A stretch of 64,000 nucleotides of DNA from Pelagibacteraceae bacterium (lineage in GTDB: Bacteria; Pseudomonadota; Alphaproteobacteria; Pelagibacterales; AG-422-B15): assembly GCA_038103905.1 (NCBI GenBank), contig JAYNZW010000008.1, positions 9,005 through 73,004 of the forward strand. Reading direction: 5' to 3'. Every line of letters starts with the position of its first letter. Positions within the stretch are counted from its first letter, which is position 1. This document shows positions 38,897 through 48,866 of the stretch, in pieces. Position numbers and translations under genes: made by a program. The notes below the pieces were generated by a model that worked only from the letters and a program-made list of their open reading frames with translations, made no database searches and was not told the origin of the DNA.

Positions 38897-39910
38897 ATGG
38901 ACATTAGTCACTTTGACTTTGATCTTCCTAAAGAATTAATAGCCAGTAGACCTATTCATCCAAGAAATATCTCACGATTACTTATTGGGGATAACACTAT
39001 TACTCATGATAATTTTAATAATATATTAAATTATATTGAAAAGGACGATTTGCTTGTTGTAAATAATTCAAAAGTAATACCTGCGTATTTTTCAGTAAAA
39101 TTTAATTCTGGTCATATAAACGTCACACTTCATAAAAAGATTGAGGATTCATTATGGAGAGCATTTATAAAGCCTGGAAAAAAAATCAATTCAGGTGACA
39201 AAATTACTTTAGATGATAAGCATTTTTTTAAGATCATAAAAAAATTCACTGAAGGGGATTTTTTAATAGAAATGAATGAAAAAGAAGAAATGATATTCAA
39301 AAAGTTTGGTAAAATGCCTCTTCCTCCATATATCTTAAAATCTAGAAGTAGCGACGAAAAAGATTTTGATGATTATCAAACAGTTTATGCAAGTCAAGAT
39401 GGCTCAATTGCAGCACCAACTGCTGGACTGCATTTCAACAGCAAAATCTATAATAAATTACAAAACAATAATCAATTAGCAGAGATTACTCTTCATGTTG
39501 GAGCTGGAACATTTATGCCCATTAGAGATAAAATCGAAAATCATAAAATGCATAGTGAAAATGGCTTTATCTCAGATGAAGTAATTGAAATAATAAAAGA
39601 GAAAAAGTCTAAAAAAGGGAGAATAATATCTGTTGGAACTACATCTCTAAGATTACTAGAATCAGCTGCGATGAAAGGTGAGCTAACTTCATTCAGTGGA
39701 GATACAGATATCTTTATTAGACCTGGGTTTAGATTTAATGTTGTAGACATGCTATTAACTAATTTTCATTTACCAAAATCATCTCTAATGATCTTGGTTT
39801 CTGCATTTGCTGGCATAGATAAAGTTCAATTACTTTACAAGGAAGCAATCAAAAATAATTACCGTTTTTTTTCATATGGAGATGCAAGTTTGCTTTTTCG
39901 ACATGAATAA
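38897..39910 (+). CDS. queA: S-adenosylmethionine:tRNA ribosyltransferase-isomerase
   Basis: 337-aa ORF. QueA pattern FDFDLPKELIASRP, PLPPYI, AAPTAGLHF and VGTTSLR. Upstream of tgt. Confidence 0.9.
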   Translation: MDISHFDFDLPKELIASRPIHPRNISRLLIGDNTITHDNFNNILNYIEKDDLLVVNNSKVIPAYFSVKFNSGHINVTLHKKIEDSLWRAFIKPGKKINSGDKITLDDKHFFKIIKKFTEGDFLIEMNEKEEMIFKKFGKMPLPPYILKSRSSDEKDFDDYQTVYASQDGSIAAPTAGLHFNSKIYNKLQNNNQLAEITLHVGAGTFMPIRDKIENHKMHSENGFISDEVIEIIKEKKSKKGRIISVGTTSLRLLESAAMKGELTSFSGDTDIFIRPGFRFNVVDMLLTNFHLPKSSLMILVSAFAGIDKVQLLYKEAIKNNYRFFSYGDASLLFRHE

Positions 39911-41000
39911 TTTTGATTTAATTAGTAGTGACAATTTAGCAAGGAGAGGTGTTATAAAAACTCTTCATGGCAATATCAATACTCCAGCATTTATGCCTGT
40001 AGGAACAGCGGCAACTGTTAAGGCAATTACAACGCCTGATTTAATAAATACTAGATCAGAGATTTTATTAGGAAATACTTACCACTTAATGTTGAGGCCG
40101 GGAGATGAACTTATAAGGGAGTTTGGTGGGTTACACGATTTTATGAACTGGCAATTACCCATCTTGACAGACTCTGGTGGCTACCAAGTTTATTCACTTT
40201 CAAAATTAAGAAAATTAACTGACGATGGTGTTGAATTTAAATCTCATATCGACGGAAAAAAATTTTTTGTTACTCCTGAAAGATCAATCGAAATTCAAAA
40301 AAATCTTAATTCAGATATTGTCATGTGTTTTGATGAATGCACTCCTTTTCCCGCAACATATGAGCAGGCAAAAGAGTCTATGCTGCTATCAATGAGATGG
40401 GCAGAAAGATGCAAGGAAGCATTTTCAGGATCACCAAATCAGTTATTTGGAATTGTTCAAGGTGGCACTTATTCTGATTTAAGGGAAGACTCTGTCAAAT
40501 TATTAACCAACCTTGATTTTAATGGCTACGCAGTTGGAGGATTGGCAGTTGGAGAGCCACAAAATGAAATGTTTAAGGTTTTAGATTATACATGTAATTT
40601 TTTACCTCAGAATAAACCAAGATATCTGATGGGAGTTGGAAAGCCTGATGATATTATTGGAGCGGTTTCAAGAGGCATTGATATGTTTGATTGTGTTCTT
40701 CCTACGAGAAGCGGAAGGAATGGTCAAGCATTTACAAAAAATGGAACTATCAATATCCGAAACGCTAAATATAAAAACCTTAAAACATCAATTGACCCTG
40801 AAAGTGATAATCCAGTTTGCAACTCTTACTCAGCTGCTTATCTTCATCATTTGTTTAATGCAAAGGAAATGCTAGGAGGCATGCTCTTATCTTTGCATAA
40901 TATTTATTTCTATCAAAATTTAATGAATGAAATCAGGATTTCAATTGAAGAAAAAAATTTTCATGATTTTGCTAAAAAGTTTCTTAACAAATATAATTAA
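39903..41000 (+). CDS. tgt: Queuine tRNA-ribosyltransferase (tRNA-guanine transglycosylase)
   Basis: Motifs LTDSGGYQV, YAVGGLAVGE and DMFDCVLPTR. I prefer ATG 39903 (MNNFDL), an 8-nt overlap with queA; the ORF opens at 39876. The zinc motif is degenerate (see findings). Confidence 0.9.
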   Translation: MNNFDLISSDNLARRGVIKTLHGNINTPAFMPVGTAATVKAITTPDLINTRSEILLGNTYHLMLRPGDELIREFGGLHDFMNWQLPILTDSGGYQVYSLSKLRKLTDDGVEFKSHIDGKKFFVTPERSIEIQKNLNSDIVMCFDECTPFPATYEQAKESMLLSMRWAERCKEAFSGSPNQLFGIVQGGTYSDLREDSVKLLTNLDFNGYAVGGLAVGEPQNEMFKVLDYTCNFLPQNKPRYLMGVGKPDDIIGAVSRGIDMFDCVLPTRSGRNGQAFTKNGTINIRNAKYKNLKTSIDPESDNPVCNSYSAAYLHHLFNAKEMLGGMLLSLHNIYFYQNLMNEIRISIEEKNFHDFAKKFLNKYN

Positions 41001-41002
41001 GA

Positions 41003-41809
41003 TTACTTTCCTTTAAAAGTAGCTTTCTTTTTTTGAAGGAATGACATTACTCCATTGAAGCAGTCCTCAGTTTTGCCCGCAATTGTTTGTGCTTTACTTT
41101 CTGCATTAAGTTGTGATTCAAAGTCGTTTCCTAGACTCTCCCAATAGAGCTTTCTCATTAATTTGTAAGCAACAGTAGGTCCATTAGCAATTTCAGTTGC
41201 TGTTTTCATTGTTTCCTGCATAAGATTATTATGACTGTAAACAAAATTTATCAATCCCCAAGAAAGAGCCTTTTCAGCACTTATTTTTTCCCCCAACATA
41301 GATAGTTCTATGGCTCTGGCCATTCCAATTTTACGTGGAAGTATATACGTTGATCCTGCATCAGGAACTAGACCAATAAATTTAAAAGCTTGATAAAAGT
41401 ATGACTTATCTGATGCAAATATTAAATCACCAATAATTCCAAGGGAGCAACCTGCTCCAGCTGCAACACCATTTATAGATGTAATAACAGGTATTTCTAA
41501 ATTTTTTAGATCAATCAACATAGGATGATAATGTGTAATTAACCCTTTTCCCAAATCTCTATCCATTGGATTGCCACTTTCTGACGGCGCAGCGTTTGTA
41601 TCTATTAGGTTAGCCCCAGCACAAAAGCCTCTTCCTTCTCCAGTAATCACAAGACATCTTGCATTTGTTGTTCCAGAATTTATTAATTTAATCTTTTCAT
41701 GTATTTCAGTTAACATCTCTAAAGATAAAGCGTTAAGTCTATCTGGGTCATTTAATGTTAAAAGAGCAACATTATTATCATCTATGTGAAATTTGATTTT
41801 ATTTGGCAT
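41003..41809 (-). CDS. Enoyl-CoA hydratase/isomerase (crotonase) family protein
   Basis: 268-aa ORF with crotonase oxyanion motif GEGRGFCAGANL and the GVAAGAGCSLG region. Confidence 0.8.
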   Translation of the reverse strand: MPNKIKFHIDDNNVALLTLNDPDRLNALSLEMLTEIHEKIKLINSGTTNARCLVITGEGRGFCAGANLIDTNAAPSESGNPMDRDLGKGLITHYHPMLIDLKNLEIPVITSINGVAAGAGCSLGIIGDLIFASDKSYFYQAFKFIGLVPDAGSTYILPRKIGMARAIELSMLGEKISAEKALSWGLINFVYSHNNLMQETMKTATEIANGPTVAYKLMRKLYWESLGNDFESQLNAESKAQTIAGKTEDCFNGVMSFLQKKKATFKGK

Positions 41810-41932
41810 ATAAAAAAGTCTTAAAAAGAATAGTCTGATAATAATATCGGCTTATTAAGTGTCAATAAATTCTATTTGAATTATACTTCTAATTTCTATA
41901 CGATCTGAATAATTTTTTATAAAGGAAAAAGT

Positions 41933-43390
41933 ATGGGTTTAGGTGGAGTAAGTGTAGCGTCGGAATATCCCGAAGTTTCTAAGGATGAATTAAATAATTT
42001 TTTAAGTCACTTAAAGTCTAGATTTCGTGATGGTTTGTACCCAGACTATAATGAGAGAATTGATAGAATTAACAGACTAAAAGTTCTTGTAGAAGAAAAT
42101 TCTGACGCTTTTCATAAAGCTTTGCAAAATGACTTTGGAACACGTCACGAACAATTGAGCTTGCTTTCAGATACTTTGCCCATAATTGGCAGCGCAAAAC
42201 ATATTACAAAAAATTTAAAAAAATGGATGAAGCCTGAAAAAAGAAAACCGAACTTTCCTTTAGGTCTTCTTGGTGCTAAAGCATTTATCCACAATCAACC
42301 ATTTGGAGTTGTAGGAATTATTTCTCCATGGAATTTTCCTCTTAATTTAAGCTTGGGGCCTTTAGTTGAAGTATTTGCTGCGGGAAATAATGCTATGATG
42401 AAGTTATCAGAGTTTGTTCCTGAAACTTCTGAATTGACCGAAAAATTAGTTAAACAATACTTTAGTGATGATGAAGTAGTTGTAGTTAATGGTGGCCCAC
42501 AAACATCCCAAGCATTTGCAGGTCTTGCGTTTGATCATCTTTTATTTACTGGTTCAACTCATGTAGCAAAAAAAATTGCTTATGAAGCTTCTGAAAATTT
42601 AGTTCCACTAACACTAGAGCTTGGAGGAAAGTCGCCTGTAATAGTTGGCCCTAAAGCAAAAATGAAAAAAAGTGTCGATAAAATTATGATGGGCAAACTA
42701 TTAAATGCAGGTCAAATATGTATTTCTCCTGACTATGTTTTTCTGCCTGAGGGCAAGCAAGGCGAATTTGTTGAGCATGCAAAAACATATGTAAAAGATT
42801 CCTATGAAACTCTTAAAAACAATCCTGACTATACTTCAATCATACATCTAAATCACTATGAAAGACTTAGATCATATATTTCTGATGCAAAGTCTAAAGG
42901 TGCTGAGATTGTAGAAATTAATCCAGCAAATGAGGATCTTACACAACAGGAACACCATAAAATTCCTCCAACATTAATTCTTAATCCAACTGAAGACATG
43001 GAAGTAATGAAAAATGAAATATTTGGACCAATCTTGCCTGTTATGTCCTATGAAAACTTTGAGGACACAATTAAATATGTAAATCATAATCCTAAGGCAC
43101 TTGCACTGTATTATTTTGGAGATGATGAAAAAGAAATGAATGATCTTTTAAATAAGACAACATCAGGTCAACTTGTAACCAATGATGTTCTTTTTCAATT
43201 TTCAATGCACGATTTGCCTTTTGGAGGTGTAGGACCAAGTGGCTCAGGTTCATATCATGGACATGATGGATATCGTAATTTCAGTCATAAAAGAGCTGTT
43301 TTAAAGGGCCAAAATATAATTAATGCTGGTAAAATGGTATCAGCTCCTTACAGTGAAAAAACTGAAAAAAATATTAAGAATCTAGCCTAA
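41933..43390 (+). CDS. NAD(P)+-dependent aldehyde dehydrogenase (coniferyl-aldehyde-dehydrogenase-like class)
   Basis: 485-aa ORF with ALDH motifs ELGGKSP and catalytic-Cys region GQICISPDY. Confidence 0.85.
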   Translation: MGLGGVSVASEYPEVSKDELNNFLSHLKSRFRDGLYPDYNERIDRINRLKVLVEENSDAFHKALQNDFGTRHEQLSLLSDTLPIIGSAKHITKNLKKWMKPEKRKPNFPLGLLGAKAFIHNQPFGVVGIISPWNFPLNLSLGPLVEVFAAGNNAMMKLSEFVPETSELTEKLVKQYFSDDEVVVVNGGPQTSQAFAGLAFDHLLFTGSTHVAKKIAYEASENLVPLTLELGGKSPVIVGPKAKMKKSVDKIMMGKLLNAGQICISPDYVFLPEGKQGEFVEHAKTYVKDSYETLKNNPDYTSIIHLNHYERLRSYISDAKSKGAEIVEINPANEDLTQQEHHKIPPTLILNPTEDMEVMKNEIFGPILPVMSYENFEDTIKYVNHNPKALALYYFGDDEKEMNDLLNKTTSGQLVTNDVLFQFSMHDLPFGGVGPSGSGSYHGHDGYRNFSHKRAVLKGQNIINAGKMVSAPYSEKTEKNIKNLA

Positions 43391-45369
43391 AGAATATTTT
43401 CTGCTGAAACTTTCTTAGAATTCTCAGTGATAAACTTAAATCGAAGTTCTGGTTTTTTGCCCATTAATGCTTCAATAGATTTTTTTGTTTTTTTCTTATC
43501 TTTCGAAGCAATTTGAATTTTTAGCAAAGTTCTATTTTCAGGTGACATAGTTGTTTCTTTAAGTTGCGCAGGCATCATTTCTCCCAGGCCTTTAAATCGA
43601 TTAATTTCAATATTCTCAGAATTTTTAAATTCTTTTTTAACTATTTCATCCTTATGTTTTTCACTAACAGCATAGAAAATCTTTCCTCCTTTAGAAATCT
43701 TAAACAAAGGAGGAACAGATAAATAAAGTTGACCATCATCAATCAATTTAGGAAATTCATTATAGAAAAAACCCATGAGAAGTGTTGCTATATGTGCACC
43801 ATCAACATCTGCATCAGTCATAATAATAATTTTTTCATACCTTATATCTTTAGGGTTATAATTATCACCTCTTTTACACCCTAAGGCTTGAATGAGATCA
43901 ATTATTTCTTGATTAGCATTTATCTTATCTCTTGATGCGCTGATAACATTAAGTATCTTTCCTCTAAGTGGTAGGATTGCTTGAGATTGTCTATCTCTTG
44001 CTTGTTTTGCAGATCCTCCTGCAGAGTCACCTTCTACAAGAAATAATTCAGTACCCTTATTACCACTGATAGTACAATCAGCTAATTTACCAGGGAGCGT
44101 TATTTTTTTTCTTTTTGATTGCCTTTCAATAGCTAATTCAGACTTATTTTGAAGCCTCAATTGAGAACGGTTGTAGGCATAAAGAAATAATTGTTCTGCT
44201 GTTTTTGTTTTTTTTGCTAGCCATTGTTCAAAAACTTGTTTTGTTTTTGTTTCTATTTTTTTCCCAGGTTCAATACTTGATAATTTCTCTTTAGTCTGGC
44301 CTTGAAATTCTGGGTTTTCAATAAATATGGAGAGAATAGATGCCGATGACCCAAAAAGATCTTCCTGAATAATTTGAGAAGCTTTTCTTTCATATTTTAT
44401 TTTTGAAAATTCTTTAAATGCTTTAAACATTCCATTTTTAAATCCATTTTCATGAGTTCCACCCAAAGGTGTCTTAATGGTATTACAATATGACTCATTA
44501 ATTGGATCAATTGCATCAAACCAATTTATTACTGCTTCTAAATTATTTCCATTATCATCGATATTTACTTTAAAATAAAATTCTTCATCAAATATTGGTT
44601 CACTTGGACTTGTTAATGCAGATAAATAATCATGAATACCTTTTGCATAATGAAGTTTATCTTGAGTTGGAACATTCTTTTTAATTAAACTTTTTGGGCA
44701 GGACCAATTGATTTCAACATTTGGTATAAGATAGGCTTTTGCTTTTGCCATATTATATATAATAGAAGAGTCAAAGTTTTCTTTTCCAAAAATCTCATCA
44801 TCAGGTGTAAATTTTATCTTTGTTCCCTTTTTAATACTTCCTCGTGATATAGTTTTAAGCTTATTTTTCTTTATCCCTTTTGAATAAGATTGAGTATAAA
44901 ATTTCTTATCTCTTGCTATTTCAAGTTCAAGTTTTTTTGATAGTGCATTTACAACAGATACACCAACACCATGCAGACCCCCTGAAGTTTGATAATTTTT
45001 ATTTGAAAACTTACCACCTGAGTGAAGTGTTGTAAGAATAACTTCTACTGCGGGAAGTTTAAATTTAGGATGTTTATCAACGGGTATACCACGACCATTA
45101 TCTGTAATTTCAATAGTAGTGTTATCTAAAAGCTTGACGTCAACTTTATTTGCATGACCTGATACAACTTCATCCATGGAGTTATCAAGTACTTCGCTAA
45201 CTAAATGGTGCATGGCATGTATATCTGTGCCACCTATATACATCCCGGGTCTTTTGCGAACAGGCTCAAGTCCCTCTAAAACTTCTATATCTTTAGCGGT
45301 ATAATTAGTGCCTTTAACCTTAGTTTTCTTCTTTACAGTCTTGGCTTTTTTTTTTGTTTTTTTTACCAT
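43387..45369 (-). CDS. parE: DNA topoisomerase IV subunit B
   Basis: 660-aa ORF. GHKL ATPase motifs (EVLDNSMDE, DNGRGIPVD, GGLHGVG) and Toprim (PGKLADC, EGDSAGG). Too short for a proteobacterial GyrB. Lys-rich 22-aa N-terminal extension. Confidence 0.85.
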   Translation of the reverse strand: MVKKTKKKAKTVKKKTKVKGTNYTAKDIEVLEGLEPVRKRPGMYIGGTDIHAMHHLVSEVLDNSMDEVVSGHANKVDVKLLDNTTIEITDNGRGIPVDKHPKFKLPAVEVILTTLHSGGKFSNKNYQTSGGLHGVGVSVVNALSKKLELEIARDKKFYTQSYSKGIKKNKLKTISRGSIKKGTKIKFTPDDEIFGKENFDSSIIYNMAKAKAYLIPNVEINWSCPKSLIKKNVPTQDKLHYAKGIHDYLSALTSPSEPIFDEEFYFKVNIDDNGNNLEAVINWFDAIDPINESYCNTIKTPLGGTHENGFKNGMFKAFKEFSKIKYERKASQIIQEDLFGSSASILSIFIENPEFQGQTKEKLSSIEPGKKIETKTKQVFEQWLAKKTKTAEQLFLYAYNRSQLRLQNKSELAIERQSKRKKITLPGKLADCTISGNKGTELFLVEGDSAGGSAKQARDRQSQAILPLRGKILNVISASRDKINANQEIIDLIQALGCKRGDNYNPKDIRYEKIIIMTDADVDGAHIATLLMGFFYNEFPKLIDDGQLYLSVPPLFKISKGGKIFYAVSEKHKDEIVKKEFKNSENIEINRFKGLGEMMPAQLKETTMSPENRTLLKIQIASKDKKKTKKSIEALMGKKPELRFKFITENSKKVSAENIL

Positions 45370-45450
45370 TAATGGTACTGATTTTATTAGATTCTTTACT
45401 TTGTGTAATATTTTATTAGTCTATCGAAATATTTTTTTTTTGGAATATTT

Positions 45451-47070
45451 ATGCCAGTCATCGAGTCAAAAATAATGATAAATTCGAATTCTTTCAAACA
45501 GAATGAGTCTGACCATTTAGAATTAATCAATGAATTTCGGGCACTTGAAAAGAAAATTTCTGATAATTCTGCCAGATCAAAACCAAAATTTGAAAAGAGA
45601 GGACAGCTTTTACCAAGGGAGAGACTCTTAGCTTTACTTGACCCTGACAGCTACTTTATTCCTCTTTCAACACTTGCAGGATATAAAATGGGTGATGATG
45701 ACGGTGATAAAAATATTTCAGGCGGGGGAGGAATAAGTGGAATAGGTTATGTTTCTGGAGTCCGCTGTATGGTGAGTGTTTCAGATTCTGGTATCAAAGG
45801 CGGCAGCATGACAGAAATGGGTGTTGTAAAAGCACTACGTGGAGCAGAAATCATTAAAGAAAACAAACTACCATTAATAAGCTTGGTTGAGAGCGCTGGT
45901 GCAAATCTATTCAGGCAATCTGAAGTATTTTTACCTGGAGGAAGAAGTTTTGCTAATTTAGCAAAAATGTCCGCTATGGGGATTCCGACTATTGCAGTAG
46001 TTCACGGTAACTCAACTGCAGGTGGCGCCTATACCCCAGGTTTATCTGATCAAGTTATAGTGGTTAAGAATAGATCAAAAATATTTTTAGCTGGACCACC
46101 ACTACTCAAGGCTGCTCTTGGAGAAATTGCGACTGATGAAGAGCTTGGCGGAGCGGAAATGCATTATACAGTATCAGGTTTAGGTGAATACATGGCAGAT
46201 GACGATGCTGGCGCAATTAAAAAATGTCGTGAGGTAGTGAAAAATCTTGGATGGAATGATAATTTTATTACAACTAAAAATGAAAATTACAGTGAACCTA
46301 TTTATTCTCCAAACGAACTAATTGGTGTAGTTCCAACAGACTATAAAAAACCATACGACGTAAAAGAAGTTATTGCTAGAATTGTTGATGGATCTGAATA
46401 TTTAGATTTTAAACCTGAATTTGGCAAACAAACAGTTACCGGAACAGCAAGAATTCATGGATATAAAGTAGGCATAGTTGGTAACAATGGTCCAATATTT
46501 GCAGATGGTGCGGTTAAGGCTGCTCAATTTATACAATTATGTTCAAAACATAATACTCCTTTAATTTTTTTACAGAATACAACTGGATATATGGTTGGAA
46601 CCAAAGAGGAGAGGAGAGGGATTATTAAGCACGGATCAAAAATGATACAGGCTGTAACGAACTGTACTGTTCCAAAAATAACATTACGAATAGGAGCTTC
46701 CTTCGGAGCTGGGGAATATGGAATGGCAGGAAGGTCTTTTGATCCAAGATTTTTATTTTCTTGGCCTAATAACAAATTAAGTGTGATGGGTGGCGAACAG
46801 GCAGGTAAAACTATGTCACAGGTTGCAGTTGAGTCTGCGAAAAGAAGAGGTGAAGAGCCAAATATGGAAATGATAAAAGCAATCGAGCAAAAGATAATTG
46901 ATACCTATAAAGAAGAAGGTGAAGCTCTTTTTGCAACAGCAAGAATTTGGGATGATGGCATTATTGATCCGAGAGATACGAGAAAGATTTTAGGTGAATG
47001 TCTAAATATTGTTTGTGATTCTGAGAAGAGAGATTTACGTCCAAACACATTTGGCGTTGGACGTATGTAG
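45451..47070 (+). CDS. Acyl-CoA carboxylase carboxyltransferase (beta) subunit, MccB/AtuC-like
   Basis: 539-aa ORF. Carboxyltransferase pattern LLPRERLLALLDP, GNSTAGGAYTPGLSD and FLAGPPLLKAALGE..ELGGAEMH. No biotin-carboxylase subunit lies adjacent. Confidence 0.75.
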   Translation: MPVIESKIMINSNSFKQNESDHLELINEFRALEKKISDNSARSKPKFEKRGQLLPRERLLALLDPDSYFIPLSTLAGYKMGDDDGDKNISGGGGISGIGYVSGVRCMVSVSDSGIKGGSMTEMGVVKALRGAEIIKENKLPLISLVESAGANLFRQSEVFLPGGRSFANLAKMSAMGIPTIAVVHGNSTAGGAYTPGLSDQVIVVKNRSKIFLAGPPLLKAALGEIATDEELGGAEMHYTVSGLGEYMADDDAGAIKKCREVVKNLGWNDNFITTKNENYSEPIYSPNELIGVVPTDYKKPYDVKEVIARIVDGSEYLDFKPEFGKQTVTGTARIHGYKVGIVGNNGPIFADGAVKAAQFIQLCSKHNTPLIFLQNTTGYMVGTKEERRGIIKHGSKMIQAVTNCTVPKITLRIGASFGAGEYGMAGRSFDPRFLFSWPNNKLSVMGGEQAGKTMSQVAVESAKRRGEEPNMEMIKAIEQKIIDTYKEEGEALFATARIWDDGIIDPRDTRKILGECLNIVCDSEKRDLRPNTFGVGRM

Positions 47071-47072
47071 TT

Positions 47073-48248
47073 TTAGTTTTTGCCTGGTAAAATATCTAAA
47101 TATTTTGAAATAATTCCAAGCATAACTTCATCTGATCCACCACCGATTGAACCTAGCCTTTGATCTCTGTACGCTCTAGATACTGGAGTTTCATCCATAA
47201 AGCCCATTCCGCCCCAATACTGTAAACAAGCATCATTTACTTCTCTGGCTAATCTTGTTGATTTTAGTTTAGACATTGATGCTAACTTTGTACAATCACC
47301 GCCATTTACATGAATTTCAATTCCTTTCCATGTGAGAGCCTTCAAGGCCTCAACTTCAGTCATCAACTCAGAAAGTCTAAAGTGTACTATTTGATTATCT
47401 ATGATGGGCTTACCAAATGTTTTACGCTGACGAGTATATTCAATTGTTTCATTAATAATGTTTTCACATCCAGAATAATTTCCAATAGCTGCGTAGAGTC
47501 TTTCTTCCTGAAATTGCATCATTTGATAGACAAAACCCTTACCTTCATCTCCAATTAAATTTCTTGCAGGAACTCTAACATCCTCAAAAAAAATTTCTGC
47601 AGTATCAGATGAATGCATTCCCATTTTTTTTAATTTTCTATTTATTGTAACTCCTTTTGTTCGCTTTCCTTCTTCTTTAAGAGGAACACAAATTAAAGAT
47701 TTGTTAAAATGACGATTATCGTTTGAGTTATCTGTATTTGCGAGCATACACATCCAATCAGCCTGAGTGCCGTTAGTGATCCACATTTTAGAACCATTAA
47801 TTATATAATCATCTCCATCTTTAACGGCAGATGTTTTAATTGCAGCAACATCTGATCCAGCATGAGGCTCTGAAACCCCTATACATGATACAAATTCTCC
47901 TGAAATAGAGGGTCGAAGAAAAGTCTCACAAACATGTTCGGATCCAAATCTAGCTAGAGCAGGAGTTGACATATCTGTTTGAACTCCAATTGCCATTGGC
48001 ACTCCTCCGCATTTAATAGTAGCTAAAGCTTCATTCAAAACAGCGCCATATGAATAATCTAAACCTGATCCACCATATTTTTCTGGCTTAGTTACCCCTA
48101 AAAATCCCTGATCACCTAATTTTTTGAAAACTTCATGCGCAGGAAAAATTTCATCTTCTTCCCATTGATCAACATATGGATTTATTTCGGTCTCAACAAA
48201 CTTTATTGCTGATCTTTTTAGTTCTTCATGTTGCGAGGTTAATTCCAT
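47073..48248 (-). CDS. Acyl-CoA dehydrogenase
   Basis: 391-aa ORF with ACAD patterns GVSEPHAGSDVAAIKT, GSKMWITNG and QYWGGMGF. Confidence 0.85.
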   Translation of the reverse strand: MELTSQHEELKRSAIKFVETEINPYVDQWEEDEIFPAHEVFKKLGDQGFLGVTKPEKYGGSGLDYSYGAVLNEALATIKCGGVPMAIGVQTDMSTPALARFGSEHVCETFLRPSISGEFVSCIGVSEPHAGSDVAAIKTSAVKDGDDYIINGSKMWITNGTQADWMCMLANTDNSNDNRHFNKSLICVPLKEEGKRTKGVTINRKLKKMGMHSSDTAEIFFEDVRVPARNLIGDEGKGFVYQMMQFQEERLYAAIGNYSGCENIINETIEYTRQRKTFGKPIIDNQIVHFRLSELMTEVEALKALTWKGIEIHVNGGDCTKLASMSKLKSTRLAREVNDACLQYWGGMGFMDETPVSRAYRDQRLGSIGGGSDEVMLGIISKYLDILPGKN

Positions 48249-48249
48249 A

Positions 48250-48834
48250 TTACCATTTTATAGCATCTTCTAATCTGTCGTCACCCCAAAAAATTTCACC
48301 ATTTACAATGAAGCTGGGTGATCCAAATATTCCAAGCTCTCTTGCCTTATCAGTTTGAGTATTATAACGCTGAATAATAGTTTCAGTATTTGATTTTTCA
48401 ATAAGGTCATTTACATCAATGCCCATATCTTTTGAAACTTTATTGAGGCATTCTTCAGATCCAGCTTCAATTCCACTTTCAAACCAGTATTTATACGTTA
48501 ACTTAACATATTCTTCACACCAACCTTCTTCTATACCATATACTGCGATTTGATTTGCTAGGTCGAAATTTTTAAGAGGATACGGGGCTGGTATTTTTGG
48601 ATTTAGATTATAATTTTTAGCCCGTCTTTCAATATCTCTCCACATATAATCTGATTTAACTTTTTTTTCAGGAGGAGTGAATGGGATATTATTCATTTCC
48701 ATCATTAGTTTTCGAACACTAAAAGGACTCCAATTAAATGAAACTTGATGTTCCTTTTCAATTTCTGATAACCTAGACACAGAAAGATAAGTATAGGTGC
48801 TACCTATTGAGAACCAAAAATCAAGGACCTTCAT
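48250..48834 (-). CDS. DsbA-fold 2-hydroxychromene-2-carboxylate isomerase family protein
   Basis: 194-aa ORF. N-terminus MKVLDFWFSIGSTYTYL (Ser in place of CxxC) and C-terminal GSPSFIVNGEIFWGDDRLEDA. Confidence 0.7.
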   Translation of the reverse strand: MKVLDFWFSIGSTYTYLSVSRLSEIEKEHQVSFNWSPFSVRKLMMEMNNIPFTPPEKKVKSDYMWRDIERRAKNYNLNPKIPAPYPLKNFDLANQIAVYGIEEGWCEEYVKLTYKYWFESGIEAGSEECLNKVSKDMGIDVNDLIEKSNTETIIQRYNTQTDKARELGIFGSPSFIVNGEIFWGDDRLEDAIKW

Positions 48835-48866
48835 GCGTTAGAATTCAAAATTGAATAAGTGCATAT

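Noticed and set aside
42285-42293. Perfect DnaA box TTATCCACA
   Set aside because: It is a single copy inside the aldehyde dehydrogenase coding sequence with no cluster or AT-rich unwinding context. About one chance occurrence is expected in 64 kb on two strands.
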